Below, in pieces: positions 63,676 through 64,000 of a DNA stretch of 64,000 nucleotides. The notes beneath the pieces were generated by a model. It was not told where the DNA came from and did no database searches. It was given only the letters and a program-made list of their open reading frames with translations. Numbering within the stretch: the stretch's first letter is position 1; each line of letters starts with the position of its first letter. A program made the translations under genes and the position numbers. This DNA is from Takakia lepidozioides (Eukaryota > Plantae > Bryophyta). The stretch is taken from positions 79,608,001 through 79,672,000 of the forward strand of contig CM060731.1 of NCBI GenBank assembly GCA_030704615.1. Reading direction: 5' to 3'.

Positions 63676-64000
63676 GTAGGTCTTCATGCATGTTCTCTCA
63701 TTTGTAGTGGAGAGACTCTTGTCAGTTCATGGCTTGGGATCAGCCAATTGTCTGTGACCTTTTTCTTGTCTCCCATGGGTTGGGTTGTGCCTTCCATTGG
63801 GCTTTTTTCTTTCCAATATTAAGACGAACAGCTACATAAATGCTTTTGATCAGACCTTGGTGGATCCATTTTTATTGGGTACAAGAATGTGGACATTTTG
63901 CCTAAGAGTCTTTCCTGAGGCTATGTGCATGCAAATGGTATGAGTCTCTCTAGTGAACCATCATCACATCCATCCACAGATAATGTGGCATCTCACACGC

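Noticed and set aside
63979-64000. Fourth FBL3 exon after CCACAG
   Set aside because: The translation (IMWHLTR) does not continue the LRR pattern and too little sequence remains to judge.

Overview
Land-plant nuclear DNA, probably a moss or other bryophyte (inferred from gene style and repeat content). There are three recognisable spliced host genes: a subfamily-III bHLH/ACT-like transcription factor (minus, 16853-21257), a K/E/D-rich KED-like protein (minus, 27067-28960) with ABRE/DRE motifs upstream, and the first three exons of an FBL3-like F-box/LRR gene (plus, from 61909). The rest is repeats: tRNA-derived SINE-like modules, a 5'-truncated LINE, a decayed Ty3/gypsy element, and a three-level nested insertion at 37.7-59.3 kb. 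In that nest an L1-clade LINE is split inside its RT (…ILD|NI|LLVHEA…) by one 16,620-bp insertion (40746-57365) with a 6-bp target-site duplication and a (TC)n tail. The insertion is a decayed dual-endonuclease (Dualen/RandI-like) non-LTR retrotransposon. Its polyprotein reads RRM-like, APE, RT, chromodomain, PCIF1-like N6-adenine-methyltransferase-like domain, RNase H, CCHC finger, PD-(D/E)xK endonuclease. Its 5' 5.6 kb holds a second long ORF built from intronless host-gene pieces (GH17 beta-1,3-glucanase plus X8, a PPR repeat, unidentified fragments), with 1,214 consecutive stop-free codons. A 725-bp solo LTR later inserted into the methyltransferase-like domain. All domain calls come from reading motifs by eye; no database searches were run.
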